Assembly: GCA_001642005.1 (NCBI GenBank)
Contig: LWCA01000070.1
Span: 1 to 61,500 of the forward strand
Reading direction: 5' to 3'
Length of the DNA: 61,500 bases
From: Intoshia linei
Taxonomy: Eukaryota; Animalia; Orthonectida
In this document: positions 36,871 through 50,100 of the stretch, one piece after another
Numbering within the stretch: the first letter of the stretch is position 1
How the letters are laid out: the number at the start of each line of letters is the position of its first letter
Translations under genes and position numbers: made by a program
Notes under the pieces: model-generated
What the model saw: only the letters and a program-made list of their open reading frames with translations
Databases searched by the model: none
Told to the model about the DNA's origin: nothing

Positions 36871-39224
36871 GTTTTACTACTGTATATAATTGTATATTAT
36901 AATTATATACAATTTATTACATACATATATATTAAAATATCGCGCCATATTAATATATATTGCAACAGGTAATATTTTATCATTTTAAAATAATGTGGTT
37001 ATGGATATGAATTGAAATACTACTCAAAAGTGATGATAAGACGCGTATTTTTGAATTAAAAAACTACAAAATGTGTATATTTAAGGTTTATAGAGTATCA
37101 AACAAATAAAATGGAAAATTCAACATTTTCATAAATTTTACACACTTTCAGTAATGCATTTCATACGCCAATCTATTTTTTTGTTTATTTTCTGTTTTTT
37201 TTTTTCGATATTTCTCCATTTTGCTAGTTGATTTTGGAACCAAATCTACAGTACATTTTATATTTATATTTACATGTGATAATTTGAATATTAATTAAAT
37301 TTTTATTTAGGGTGCATGATAAATAATTTATTATTTGAATTCTAATCTCGTTTAAATTTAGACGACTTGCCAAGAGTTCTCGGTTTACAACATCTGGATA
37401 CTGAATTTTTTGAAATGATGTTTCTAGATTGTTTAATTGAAATTTTGTAAAGATTGTTCGGTTTCGTCGGTTTTTGAGTGATTTTTTCTAAATATTATAA
37501 TTTAAAATTTAAATACTCTACTTATGCTAACTTATATTTGTTTATATATACTATTTGTTTGTCTAAAATTTTAATACCATATTTTCAGGGGTTTTAAGAA
37601 GTTCACTGTTTACCTTTGTTTTGGTAATTATTTGATTAAAACAAAAATAAGATATAATTAATGGTTCTAGAATTTAAAAATAAAAAAGTCTTCACATGCT
37701 TGGAGCATTCCTTTAAATTAAAGTTAATCTGTTGACGTTTAATAGATTAATAATAGTGAATAGGAACATTTTATTTTTTTGGTATCATTTACATCTAATT
37801 ACGCAAATTAACTTAAATAATTAGAAATTTGAAGTGGTCCATTTATAAAATTGGAAACAATTTAATACCATAAACTAAAAATTGGTTTACCACACTTTTC
37901 CACATTAATATTGATTTGTGAATAGGAACCAGTCACAATAGTTTTAGTCACAATTTTAATAGTTGCAATGGTATATAATTTAATAATTCAAAAATGAAAC
38001 GTAGCTATTCAAATAATAATAATATATTGACATACAGCTCGCACCATATGAACTATTTACAATACAGATTTTTAACGAGCACGATTGCTATATTTGATTC
38101 GATGAATGCGCAGTGCGCACACAATATTTATCGGTTAATTTTTTGGCATATTACTTGATTCCCCATGTTTGATTAATATTTTTAATCTTTAATAAATCAA
38201 AAAATGATAATTTATATAATTTAAACGTTTTGCCAATTCAAAAATTTAAACTGTAAGTCAAGATTTTAGAATTGAATAGATTTTCATTTATATAAATCTG
38301 ATAATATCAAATGACCCAATAACATTGGTCAGAAAAATGTATTATTCAAATTTTTGTACCCTTGTAACCTTTATATTATCACATTATAAATCTTAACAAT
38401 TAATATAATTATCAAATTATAAATTTTATGGAGAAAAAAATGCAAACCATTGGTAATAATGAATAATGAATTTTTTAGTTATTTCGCTACGTATTTCATC
38501 ATGCAGTTATCTTGAACAGTGTTATTGAACAATATTAATATGCATTGTTTATCTTAAAAATTTTAAGTAAATTAAAATTAACCTTAAATTCATTAAAATT
38601 TTCCGATTCGTGGTTAGATGTATTGCCTTCTTCATTCACATTACAATTGATACAGTATTGCTTTGATCTATTATCAATATTTGGTTAATTTAAAATGAAA
38701 GTTATCAAGAAATTTGTCATTTCAATTTTCAAGTTAATAATATGAAATGATATTTAAATGGTTACAATATGAATTCAAATTATATACTTTGCAATTATAG
38801 ACATTAATATTAACACTATTTATTTATAAATATTTGCTAATTCAACAGTTAATTGGCTACATTTATTGTAACGTCTCATTATCTCAATGATACAAAATAT
38901 CAATACATGATAAATAAATACATGTAATTTTAGAAAATTTTACAATACCTACTAATTTATAATCAAATTTTATCAAATTTCTTTAAAAATTTAATGTTTG
39001 TAAATCAATGTTTCAATTAAAATATTGAATTTGAATATAATTTTATACATGCCAATTATTTACTTTAAAATTTCAAATTGTGTATACAGTTATTTTGTAT
39101 GTAGTGATTTTGAATTTATGAAAATCAAATACACTGAATGTACTGAAATACAATATTTTAACACTTTAATCTACATCTACAATACAATAGTTTTGTTGAA
39201 TTTTATTGTTGATGTTTCTGCATT

Positions 39225-39482
39225 TTAATCATTTTGAACGTAATTTCGTCGTACAGGTGGTGCGTTGTATACAGATAAACGTTGATTTGACGCGGGTTTA
39301 GATTTTATTTTTTCAGAGTCTATATATTCATTTTTTGTTTCAAAAGTTTCATGTGATTCGTCTGATTTGACTGGTTCATATAATTCTTTTTGAAAGACTG
39401 GTTGGTTTAGCTGAGATTCATTTTCAATTTCGATGAAACTTGGTTTAGAATTTCTATTTAAATTTTCAATTTGATATTTATA
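39225..39482 (-). CDS. Probable terminal exon of an unknown gene
   Basis: After a ttag acceptor there are 85 stop-free codons (YKYQIENLNRNSKPSFIEIENESQ..RLSVYNAPPVRRNYVQND*), unlikely by chance in DNA this AT-rich. Upstream exons not resolved. Confidence 0.45.
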   Translation of the reverse strand, partial: YKYQIENLNRNSKPSFIEIENESQLNQPVFQKELYEPVKSDESHETFETKNEYIDSEKIKSKPASNQRLSVYNAPPVRRNYVQND

Positions 39483-39522
39483 CTAATTATTAAAAATTAA
39501 ATTTTTTTAACATACAGTAATG

Positions 39523-39995
39523 TAGTGGTTTTCAACGTGGATGTTAACGCCCCAGAGGCGTTTTCAAAATGTTATTATTAATAATGCAACCAATATTATG
39601 AAAAATGTCAAATATATTATTTTTGATATTGTTCACAAAAATTTTTTTTGCCCCTAGGTATTTTGTATTATAGGGATGTGAGTCTTCAAAAAGTATTTAT
39701 CCACTGATGGATTCCGAAATGTCAAAGATAAGGTTGTATTTTCCAACATCTTACATGATTGAAAGTGGATCCAGTTCTGTAAACAAAATTAATATACATG
39801 TCAAAGAGGAGATATTGTTATCAAATTAACCAGCATAAAACCAATAATGAACGAATTGGCACTCAATCAAATTATTTACCTTTTTTTTCCATTATTATTG
39901 ATTTTATGAAAAGAATAGTTCATTTTATCATAGAGATTTATCAATTATGGTAGCATGATTTAAGGGCGTTGGTTTAAAAAGGTTGAGAACCAATG
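39523..39995. mobile_element. hAT MITE
   Basis: TAGTGGTTTTCAAC..GTTGAGAACCAATG with an exact TSD CAGTAATG. Confidence 0.8.
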
Positions 39996-41339
39996 CAGTA
40001 ATGTATGTGTAATACACATTGTGTATAACTCAAATTTATTTATAAAAATAAGTAGTAGACAATATGTACTACATCACGGGTTCCCACACTTTTTTCACGG
40101 CGGACGGTAATAAATTATAAAACTTATCGTGGGCCATTAAAGAGAAATTACTCGGCAAACTTAAAAAAAAATTAAATAAAAAACGTAATAAATTGATTTG
40201 TTATTAGTAAAAAATTTTTCATAGACCATTACTGACATTTGGAATACGCGATACAACACATTATATCCTAATGTAAGATTATTAATGCAGTGATGGAAAA
40301 AGGTGTTTTCGTGTTAAAAATACACACTTAAAAAATATACACCTAAAAATTAAATTAAACGAAAAAGATTCCATAAGTAAACAAGGTTCAATTGCGTATC
40401 ATTGGATCTACAAGCTTTATTCATTTAAAATGATTCATTCCATTGAAAAACCTGCCGAAAAATCTTACTCATTTTCTCTCATATGGGTAACAGTTAGCTT
40501 GGGTTTCAATTAGTGGGATTGAGTAAGAATTTTTTGTTATAAAACACATTACAAAATGATTTTCAAGTATAAACTCAAAATTAACACAACATTTGATTTT
40601 GTTGTCGTCACTGATATAATTTATACAATAATGTAAGCCTTACATTATATAAAATAAAATTATACATTACAACGGGATATTTAAGTTAGGCTTTGACGTG
40701 GTAGATTTTTAAAATTTAAACAGTTCCATGTCAGAAATAAATCATAAAGATAATATTTAGCGGAACCTCATTTGAACATATTGTTTTTGAATATATTTTA
40801 TGAGACTACCAAAAAGTTAAAAAAACTATACATCAATCTACACGTGATATACAATTTGTTTATGCTCAAATTATGGTGCAATAAAAGTACTATCAAAATA
40901 AATAAATAAAACAAACAATACTAGCCATAATAATATATAATAGCTATTTACATATCTAGTGCATAATTTTCACTTTACAATACAAGTTTGGCAAAATGCA
41001 TGACATTCTATTATTTTATTAATATTGTGACAATATTAATTTTATATTTTTTACAAATTTTTATAACATTTTACTATGAAAATAATGTTTAATTTAAACT
41101 TTTTAAAGAAAAATTTCGATGTTGAGTGGCCGGGTTCAAACTCAACCAATTTGAATAATTTTTTAACAATAGTGATTACCATCACCAATAATCCTGATGG
41201 TTAAAAAATACTTTTTGATCTTTGAAAAAAATATGCAAAAGTGATCACCCTATTATATAAAGTGGCCAGATTTTTAACGTACTAAATACGTACTAGTTAT
41301 AAACTAAAATTAAATTAAATTTAAAATTAAAATTTATTT

Positions 41340-41734
41340 TAGTGCGACCATAAGTACGAATTTATACAAAAAGTACGAAATGAAAATAACATGATTTCGT
41401 ACTCCAATTCGTACTAATTAAAACGTGACAAATAACTATAACATTCTTCACTGAAAATTTCACTGAATTATATAAATAAAGTTTAATATGAAAATGAAAT
41501 TTTTTATATTTTGAATTGACAATGCCAAAAAATCGATATAATTTTAATGAAAACTTTAAATATAATTAAATATTTTCAACAATTATTTATTAATAATATG
41601 ATAGATTCTATCATTAATTATATAATTTTTATCTTAACTTTTCATCCAATGTTCTTTATAAATTTATCATTTATTGAGATGCTATTATGGTCACTAATAA
41701 CAAAAAATAGTACGAATTAAATATGGTCGCACTA
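41340..41734. mobile_element. MITE with 13-bp perfect TIRs
   Basis: TAGTGCGACCATA/TATGGTCGCACTA with repeated agtacgaa subterminal motifs. TSD ambiguous in AT-rich flanks. Confidence 0.7.
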
Positions 41735-42078
41735 TTTATTTATACATTTATATCACATTAGTATTTATCATTAGACATAATTTTTAGATACAAATCATTG
41801 TTATTTAGTATACATTTATAAAAATCAGAACAATTTTTTTGACTATTTTGAAATAATTATTAATTACTAATTAAATTTGTTTTACTTTAAAATTGAAATT
41901 TCAGTTTTGAATCTGAATTTGAAATTGAAAAATATTGATAAAGTGTGCTTTTAATTTAATTACAATTGAGAAAGTTTATTTCAAATAAATCGTAAATAAA
42001 CATCTTTCTATACAAATTTATATAGTGCAACCAGATGTACGACTTTTGGAACTGTTCAAAAGTCGTACTTTCGACGTA

Positions 42079-43175
42079 CAGTGAGGCCTCTCAATACCTC
42101 CAATTATGGTATTTCAATATTTATGGCGGTATTGATAGTATATCGTTATAGAAACGATTAAACAATAAACATAAATATATACAGAAAAATAACGAAAAAA
42201 CGATAATTCAACTAGAATGAAATTAATATACTATGAATGATATATAATTATTATCTTAAGAATACAAACAACTAAGAATTGTAAATAATTTTATTTTTTA
42301 AAATAATCCCTTATATCCTCTTTTCATCTAACATTAATGCTTTACTAAGCATATTTATTTCTTCAATAGCATACACATTTAAGGAATAATTTTGAATCAA
42401 AACATCTCTTTAATGTTTTTAAAGCCATATAACATTCGGACTTTTCCGTTTTACGTTCGGATTTAATTTTATCTTCGTCTTCATTTGGTACATTGCAATG
42501 TACCATTGCATTTGTATTATTAAATATTTCCTCTTCAATGTCTATAATTGCATCATTTTCAGTATAATTAAGTCGATTAAAATCTTCAGCACTCACAGGA
42601 TCAATAATGTTAGCCTTATAGATAAATTCCTTGTGAAAATTGGAATCTACTACTTCAGGTTTAAATTCGATGGGAATATTTTCGTCCACACTAAACGCTT
42701 TTTTAAAATAATTCACTATCGTTTCCTGTTTTACACCACTCCATGCCAAGTGTCAATAAATAATGGTATCCTTTACATTGATACTCTTGTATGCTATCAT
42801 AGCATTGCTATGTATGTATTAACTCCTGTCTCAATTTGGTTGATGATCTCATAAAGTTTTTTTTATTAAATTTTACCTTAAATGAGTTAATTATTTCTTG
42901 ATCGAGTGGTTGAAGAATACTGGTATTACCAGTGTTTATGTAAACTGGTAGTAATGTTACCGTAACATTTGGAGTTAAAAATCATTTATGCTAAACTGGT
43001 GCTACCATATTTTTGTATAAAATTTAAGTTAAATTTTAACACATTTTGACAAATTTTTTTTTTTAAATTTTTTAAATTTGTGGCGATATTGAGAATTTTC
43101 CTTATAAGTTTGTTACAAAATTGAAAAATAGTGGTGGTATTGAGAGTTGGCGCTATTAAGAGGTATATATGTATA
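42079..43175 (-). pseudogene. Decayed pogo/Tigger (DDE_1) transposon
   Basis: The minus strand encodes GNTSILQPLDQEIINSFK and AWSGVKQETIVNYFKKAF, conserved pogo/Tigger C-terminal motifs, in broken frames. One end reads TA|CAGTGAGGCCTCTCAATA. Confidence 0.85.
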
Positions 43176-43388
43176 ATATACATTAAAGAAAATTTTTTAA
43201 AATGAGGAATTAATTTGTTAAATTAAGCACTAAAAATTCTTGAATATCATAAATAATTTGTATTTTAAATTTAAAATGCCAACTCAAGAATCTTAGAGAT
43301 GTGGATAGGGTTATATAACACTACAATTAGTTTGCGAAATTTTTTAAAGTTCGACTCTGGTATCTATTATTCAACTAATTTAAATCGT

Positions 43389-44480
43389 TAATTAGATTAA
43401 ATTTAAGGCATGTGAAAATTATTAACGTTATTCAGTGAAACTTCACTTCATTTTGATAAAATGTTTACGTTCACTAATAATAACAAATGATCGATGATGA
43501 ATAATATTAAAATTGTTAAAACAATTTTCAAAAAGAGTATTCATTTTATTTAAAATTTTTCTTGTGGACCACCTAGAATTTCCTATGGACCACTTTTGAA
43601 ACCACTGATTATCGTGGATTCTTATTATGAACATATTATCGAACATAGTGAATATCATCGATATTTTCATTTCACTATTGTTCAATATTAACATAATTAT
43701 CAAAAGTTTTAATTCAATTGATTTTCTATAACAATTTATAATAATATCACTCTTAACAGAATTCTATCCTAAATATTCCATCAATTATGTAGCGAGGTTC
43801 AATAAATGTTGCAAACGGTATATAAAAACGTTACAAATTAATTCTATTTTTTTTAAAAAGGTTGCATACTCAATATCTGATTCTTCAGAAAATCCTAAGA
43901 AAATATTTCGATAATCCAATAAAAAGTGAATCAGCCTTTTCTCCGGTCATAGACACACAAAATAAAACTGTTATCTTCTTCTTTTTTGTTTTACTACAAA
44001 TATTACGATTTCAGAAGTGGCTAGAGTTTTGTTAGCTCCCCATTTATAGTATAATCCAGTTTCATCATAATTTTATATATTGTCTGGCTTATTTTCAGAA
44101 ATTTTCTTTTTATTATATTATTCAAAAAAAAATTTGGAACGTTTATTAAGAAATACAGTTAGAAAAAAGTGATTTTTAGAAATGACTCAATACTGACGTA
44201 AAAAATAGAAATTTTGGCCCATATAATACTTGTTATAATTTTAATTAGTTGTAACGAAGTTTCTGTTTATATTTACGTAAGATTTTTCGAATAAACCCCC
44301 ATTATCACATTGCATTTAGCTATTATAATATTCATTTAATTATAATTATCACATTGAAAGTAATTGATATCACATCGGTTGTAATTGTTATCACATTGAC
44401 AATCGTTATTCCATTTTGAATTTAGCTATTATAAAAATAAATACATCGGTTGTAATTATTATCATATCGATAGTTAAATG
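43389..44480 (+). repeat. Dispersed repeat, copy B (longer than copy A)
   Basis: Direct copy of 26752-27674 with extra internal segments. Confidence 0.8.
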
Positions 44481-44550
44481 ATGAACGAGGAATGTTTAGA
44501 TTCATTAAAATTTCGATGCCTAAAATTTATGTTGGAACTGTAATGTTATA

Positions 44551-44887
44551 CAGTAGTTGCTCCCTAAATTGAACAGTATCTAAATATACTCAGCGATCAC
44601 TGTATATGGTAAGAATATACATTCCCGCTCTTGAACATAACCACAATTTATAGTGATTTTTCTCATAAATTTGTTGTAATTTAATTAATTTTCTATATAA
44701 TTTAAGAAATTTATAAGAAAATGTGAGTTCTTCAATTTGAACAATTCATTTATTCTAAAATTTTGATTTTTCTCATAAATTACACAATAAATATAGTATG
44801 AAATAATTAACTACAGTGTTCAATCTCTAAATCTTGAACACCATCCATTTTTTTGCAGTTAGTGTTCAATTTAGAGAGCGATCACTG
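44551..44887. mobile_element. TA-flanked Tc1/pogo-type MITE
   Basis: TA|CAGTAGTTGCTCCCTAAATTGAACA..TGTTCAATTTAGAGAGCGATCACTG|TA. Confidence 0.65.
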
Positions 44888-45178
44888 TAGTTCGAAACCA
44901 TAAACTATAATTCCAATTTCGCATATTTTTATTTCATCTTTATAATTACATATTTTAATATTATTGAATATTTAATTTTTGTTGATTTCTTGTTTATCAC
45001 TGTTGATATTTATTGATGTTTTGAAATAACGCAGAATAAAGAATTTAATATACAAGCAACTTCATCAACTTTACACAAGGTAATCAATTTCATAGAAACA
45101 ATGTGAATTCCAAACAATGTATTAATTATTATAATCTTTTTAATTGTATGATAATTTTGCATAAGATGTACCTTAGAA

Positions 45179-45821
45179 CAGTGATTCCCAAATGGGGGGC
45201 CGACAGAGTCTGAGGGGCCGCAGATTTAAGAAAAAATTTAAAATTAAATTAGAATCGTTAACATTAATTTGATTTAGTGTTTGATATTTACATTGTTAAT
45301 TAATATATTCTTGAAATTCGGATTAATTTTAAATGTTATTAACACTTACGAGACAACAACTACGAGAGTATATAAACAACTAAGAAAAATCATAAATTTA
45401 CAATTGTTTGTATACTAGGCCCTAGTAACTAGGGTGTCAACTATATTAAAGTATGAGTTATAACGAAAATAAAACCAGTAATATTAAAAAATAACATTTT
45501 CATATAATAAACATATTCACTATTTTGTACTAATTGAAGTTATCTAACAATATTTGTATACTGTTAGGGCAGTAGTTTTCAACCTTTTTGTGTTTGCGAC
45601 TTCCTTATAAACATAAAAAATTTTCTATATACTCCAAACATTTAATCAATTCACATAAATGAAAATATTAAAAAAACATATTCAGTTTTATTTATATTTT
45701 ATACTGTGTTCAAATTCTCACGACTTCGCTGATAAATTTTGCGACCCCATAACGGTCGCGACCCCCCGGTTGAAAACAACTGTGTTAGGGGGTCGACAAT
45801 ATATTTTTTTGGGAACCACTG
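45179..45821. mobile_element. hAT MITE with a second hAT MITE nested at 45570-45782
   Basis: Outer: CAGTGATTCCCAAA..TTTGGGAACCACTG, exact TSD CCTTAGAA. Inner: CAGTAGTTTTCAACC..GGTTGAAAACAACTG, exact TSD TGTTAGGG. Confidence 0.9.
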
Positions 45822-45884
45822 CCTTAGAACATGATTTCTCTTAGATCAATTTCAATGTGATGAATCCATTCACCCTTCGAGTTC

Positions 45885-46172
45885 ATACATTCTACCAAAC
45901 TCGTATTGTAAAGTGAAAATTATGCACTAAACATTAGGGAGGTTTACTATATCACTAAATAAAAACTATTTTTGAGTATAAGCCCCATTTCACCTATAAC
46001 TCAGTTGTAATATAAATTTTTTTAAATGTTCAACTTTTTGCCTTGCCCAGTGTAACGATTGACAGAGACTTAGATAAGTTTATCTTAAATAAAAACATGT
46101 CCAAATAGGGATTCGAAGCAGATAGCCACGCAGAATACAATTATATGACTATATCCACTCTGCCAGTTAGAC
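45885..46172 (-). mobile_element. tRNA-derived SINE-like element (or tRNA pseudogene plus repeat)
   Basis: The minus-strand head (46098-46172) has an A box TGGCAGAGTGG, a B box cTTCGAATCCC and GTCTAA/TTGGAC acceptor-like pairing, but no proper anticodon or T stem. The tail recurs at 40957-41003. Confidence 0.45.
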
Positions 46173-47103
46173 TTTACCAGTAAGTTATATCAAAAGTATA
46201 TATTAGAATCTCGATTAGTATGATAGCGATATATTCCTACACCCTGACTTTAACATTTTTTAAATATTAAAGTTTCATTTATATCAGGGGTGTCAGACTC
46301 AATTTGCTTGAAAGGTCAAATGTGTAAAAAAAATTATTACGCGGGCCGCACAAAAAAAATCTTTACTCTAAACATTATGTTCAAACTAATTTAATTAATT
46401 AATTAATTTATAATAATATTATTATAATAATGTTAAAATTATAGTCAAGAATAAATAAATCCTGAAAAATATATGAAAAAACTGTAAAAAAATAAATATG
46501 TGTAAATGAGGATAAAAATGGGGATGGTATGCAAAAATAGTTTCTGAAATTAAAAAAAACACACTAAAATGAACCACCCTACTAGACATGTAAAATAGAG
46601 ATTCTTACAGAACCATATTTAATATGAAATCCTGCTTTTTTCTCTTGAAATATCTTTTTCATAAAATCAAAGTATATATTCATATCACAAGGTTTAGATT
46701 AGTTCAAATTCATTGTATCTAGCATGTATAAATATTTCAATTATAAATTAGATTGAATTAAATTGTAAACATGAATATGAAATTTAAATAACATCAAAAA
46801 TCTTGAATAACTCATGTTGAGAACCACATTCAATATGACTATGAAAGCCCCTGGTAAATAATTATTTTTGTATTATATGAAAATAGTTTTCCAATTAATT
46901 AGTTCAATGATATATAAAAAACTTATTTACAAATCGACATTTTAAAATTAGAAAACAATAAACATTACATATTTATGGAATCATAATAAATAACATTAAT
47001 TTCGTTTTTTATATAATTAGCATTTTAACAAAAACAATTTAGCTGTTTTTTAAATTGAATTCCCTTAAACATACATATCGGATCAAATAAATACAATTTA
47101 AAC

Positions 47104-50100
47104 ATGAAGGAAATTTACTTGAAACAGATTGAAAAAATAAAAAATAATTCTTACAAATCTTTGTTAAATAAATTATCCCCTATAAAAAATGCACCAATAT
47201 TACCACTATTAAATCAAAATGATGAAAATCAATTACGTTTATACAACTTGGAATTTAACCCGTCTAAGCAAATTGATGTTCTCATAACAGAGTATACTGA
47301 ATTATCTCTTGATGAAAAACTCAATAAGTATTTTGACCGAAAGATTTACGGTTATATAACATCTAAGGTTGTATGCTAATTCTAAAACATAGAAAACAGA
47401 AAATGTCTCGTTCAAGATTTATATCTAAAAATATGTAAAAAATGCTGTGTAGCACCTATTAAAAAATTTAAGCAAAAATTGATGAAAAAAAATGTTTACA
47501 TCCCTCACCGATACATGGGATCTAATTCGATAAAACCAGTTGCAGCTTGTTTACAGGTAAATATTAAAAGAAATGTGTTCTTATTATTGTAGATATAATA
47601 ACATTTGGTATTGCACCGATATTATTATCCTTATTTGAAATTAGTTATCATAAAATGCTTAGTTTTAAAATCGCACTACGTAAATAAATTAAATTAATGA
47701 TCTATTTAAATATATCAATTATTATCAACTGGACCACAGACAAAAATTTACCATTTCCGATATCAGAATATCTAAAAGTGAATTTCATAAAACGATATTA
47801 CATTTAGCGAAAACTTGTGTAAAATTTAAATTGAATACCCCGAGCTGCATGTACTTTACATGTATTATTACTAGATATATCATGTACTTTATATTCCAAT
47901 ATGTTAATAAAGAATGGAACTACTAGATTATTGGATATATATGAACGACAAGTATATGGGCCTGACTATGCCAATACACCATTTTCGCTGTCCCACTTAG
48001 ATTTTGGTCGGAATCTGAGTGTACCCGTGGAGTAACACTGATTTACATTACACCTAAATCAAAATTTGATAAGGCGATTATTTTCACCATACCCCCAAAA
48101 CGCTAAAACAGGGCAATTATTCAAAAAAGGTTGGGAAACTGTAAGGGTGTAACTGTATATGTTACTGGTAAGTGAAAATTCAGGCTGTTTGAAATTAAGT
48201 CTGTTTACGCTTTTTAATTTGTAAATAAAATATTTTGTGATATATTCTGATAATATTCTGTAAAAAAATATACCAAAAATTTTTGAAAAAACGTTGATTA
48301 GGGTAAATTTAGCACTTTTTTTAAGGATAATTCCATAATTGTTTACAACAATGTAAATTTATTAAATATCAAAACATTGAAACCAGACCCAAACATAATA
48401 TGCATCGAGACTTCTTGTAAATCAAAAGTATGCCTTAGCAATCTCTCCTATTATTTGGAATTTATAGTTTATATTTGAGACACAAACCAGTTGAATGACA
48501 CGGAAAAATATAATTTTTTTTTCAGATACGTTGGTTTCTATTTGACATGTAGTGGTCAATTTTAAAAGTAAAATACATTTACATTAGTATAGTTTTGTTA
48601 AAGCATCTAAAAAAGTGATCACCCGTGCGAGGTGGTCACTCTTCGAGTATCTACTGTAATAAAATTATATAGTGTAATAAATGAGAAACAAAAAATTAAA
48701 TAGATATATGCGTTAAAAAGATTGAAATGACTATTTTGAAAGAAAATAATTTAGGAGAATTATAATATCGAAAAATTAAATTTTGAAAATAATTCATTGG
48801 ATATAAAAGGATTCCGTCATTTGGGTACACAATCATTTTATAATCTATAATGATATTTTTAGCTTATTTACTATATCAAACAGACGCTATTACCCATTTA
48901 GTAATTATTTCATTTTTATCACTTTATTAATTTATAGAATTTATCAAACAACAACATCTGTCAATTTAGTTTAAAATTAATTGTATGTAGTTTACTTAAA
49001 TCGGATGCAATACAAAATTTAAATATTTCTGGTATAATATTTAATGCAATATGTAATTTTCTAAAATTTTTTAACTAAAATGTACTCAGAAAATCAAATA
49101 ATTTTTGAAGTTATAGAAAATGATACATACAGAGACAATGTAGACAATTTAAACTTTATATATAGAAATTTACATACAGGTGTATTTTGTATTTTTTACA
49201 TAGTATTGCCGTATTATATTAATTTTATCCATAATATTTTTATTCACGGTTAATGATTTATAATTAATAACTGGATCTTTCATTTAAATTTGGTGAAATT
49301 ATAGGTTTACTGATACAGATGTAGTTGTAAATATTCGGAAAAATTAAAAATTTCGGTGAAATTATTCTAATCACTCATTTTACATTTTCAGCCATTTTAG
49401 AATAAATTTTCATATTCTTAACAGATTTAAATTTGTCTAATAAATCCATTCAAATGAATATGTAAATACCTAATTAGTATCGGTGCCTAAGACTCCCTGA
49501 AACCCTATTTTAGGATAAATATTCTAAAATTAAATATATACTTAATAATGCATTATTAGGAAATAACATTAATGATTTAACTGGATCTAAATATATTGCT
49601 AAATTAATTACGGTAATTATACTTAATCTATTAATGTAAAGACGCTAATCATCCAAATTTATTTAATGTGATAAACTTACTCTATAACAGTGATATGGTA
49701 ACTTTTTTAATCCTTCGCATAAAACCTCACCTTTAGCAACAAATTTAATGCTTTAATACAGTGGCAGGCATAATCTTAATCTAAACACTCCTGATTCATC
49801 AGTTTAGACATTTTCTTATATTATATGAAGTGTATAAGCAACAACAAATATTTAACAATCTTAAAAAAGTAAAAACTAGATCAAAAATATAATAATTAAT
49901 GAAAATGTGGGTAAATCCAGCCCAATAAGAAATACCTGTAAGGTAGGTACGACTCTCACTTTGTTAGATACATTTTGGCACATCAAATTCACAATGATAT
50001 CTTTGTTAAAGGCGTGTTTACCAACATTTTTGTTATATTGTATAATTTTATTACATTATTATAATGGAATATTATAATGGAATTAACAGAAATCAAAGAG

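Noticed and set aside
43443-43703. 86-aa ORF in the dispersed repeat
   Set aside because: Not preserved in the second copy (indels) and has no recognisable motif.
36680-45100. In-frame TAA/TAG/TGA within coding-like stretches, suggesting stop-codon reassignment
   Set aside because: TAA, TAG and TGA all act as real terminators in the conserved genes here, and the 5.6-kb HEATR1 exon has none internally. The standard code fits.
46098-46172. Functional tRNA gene
   Set aside because: A and B boxes are present, but the anticodon and T stems do not pair. Treated as a SINE head or pseudogene.
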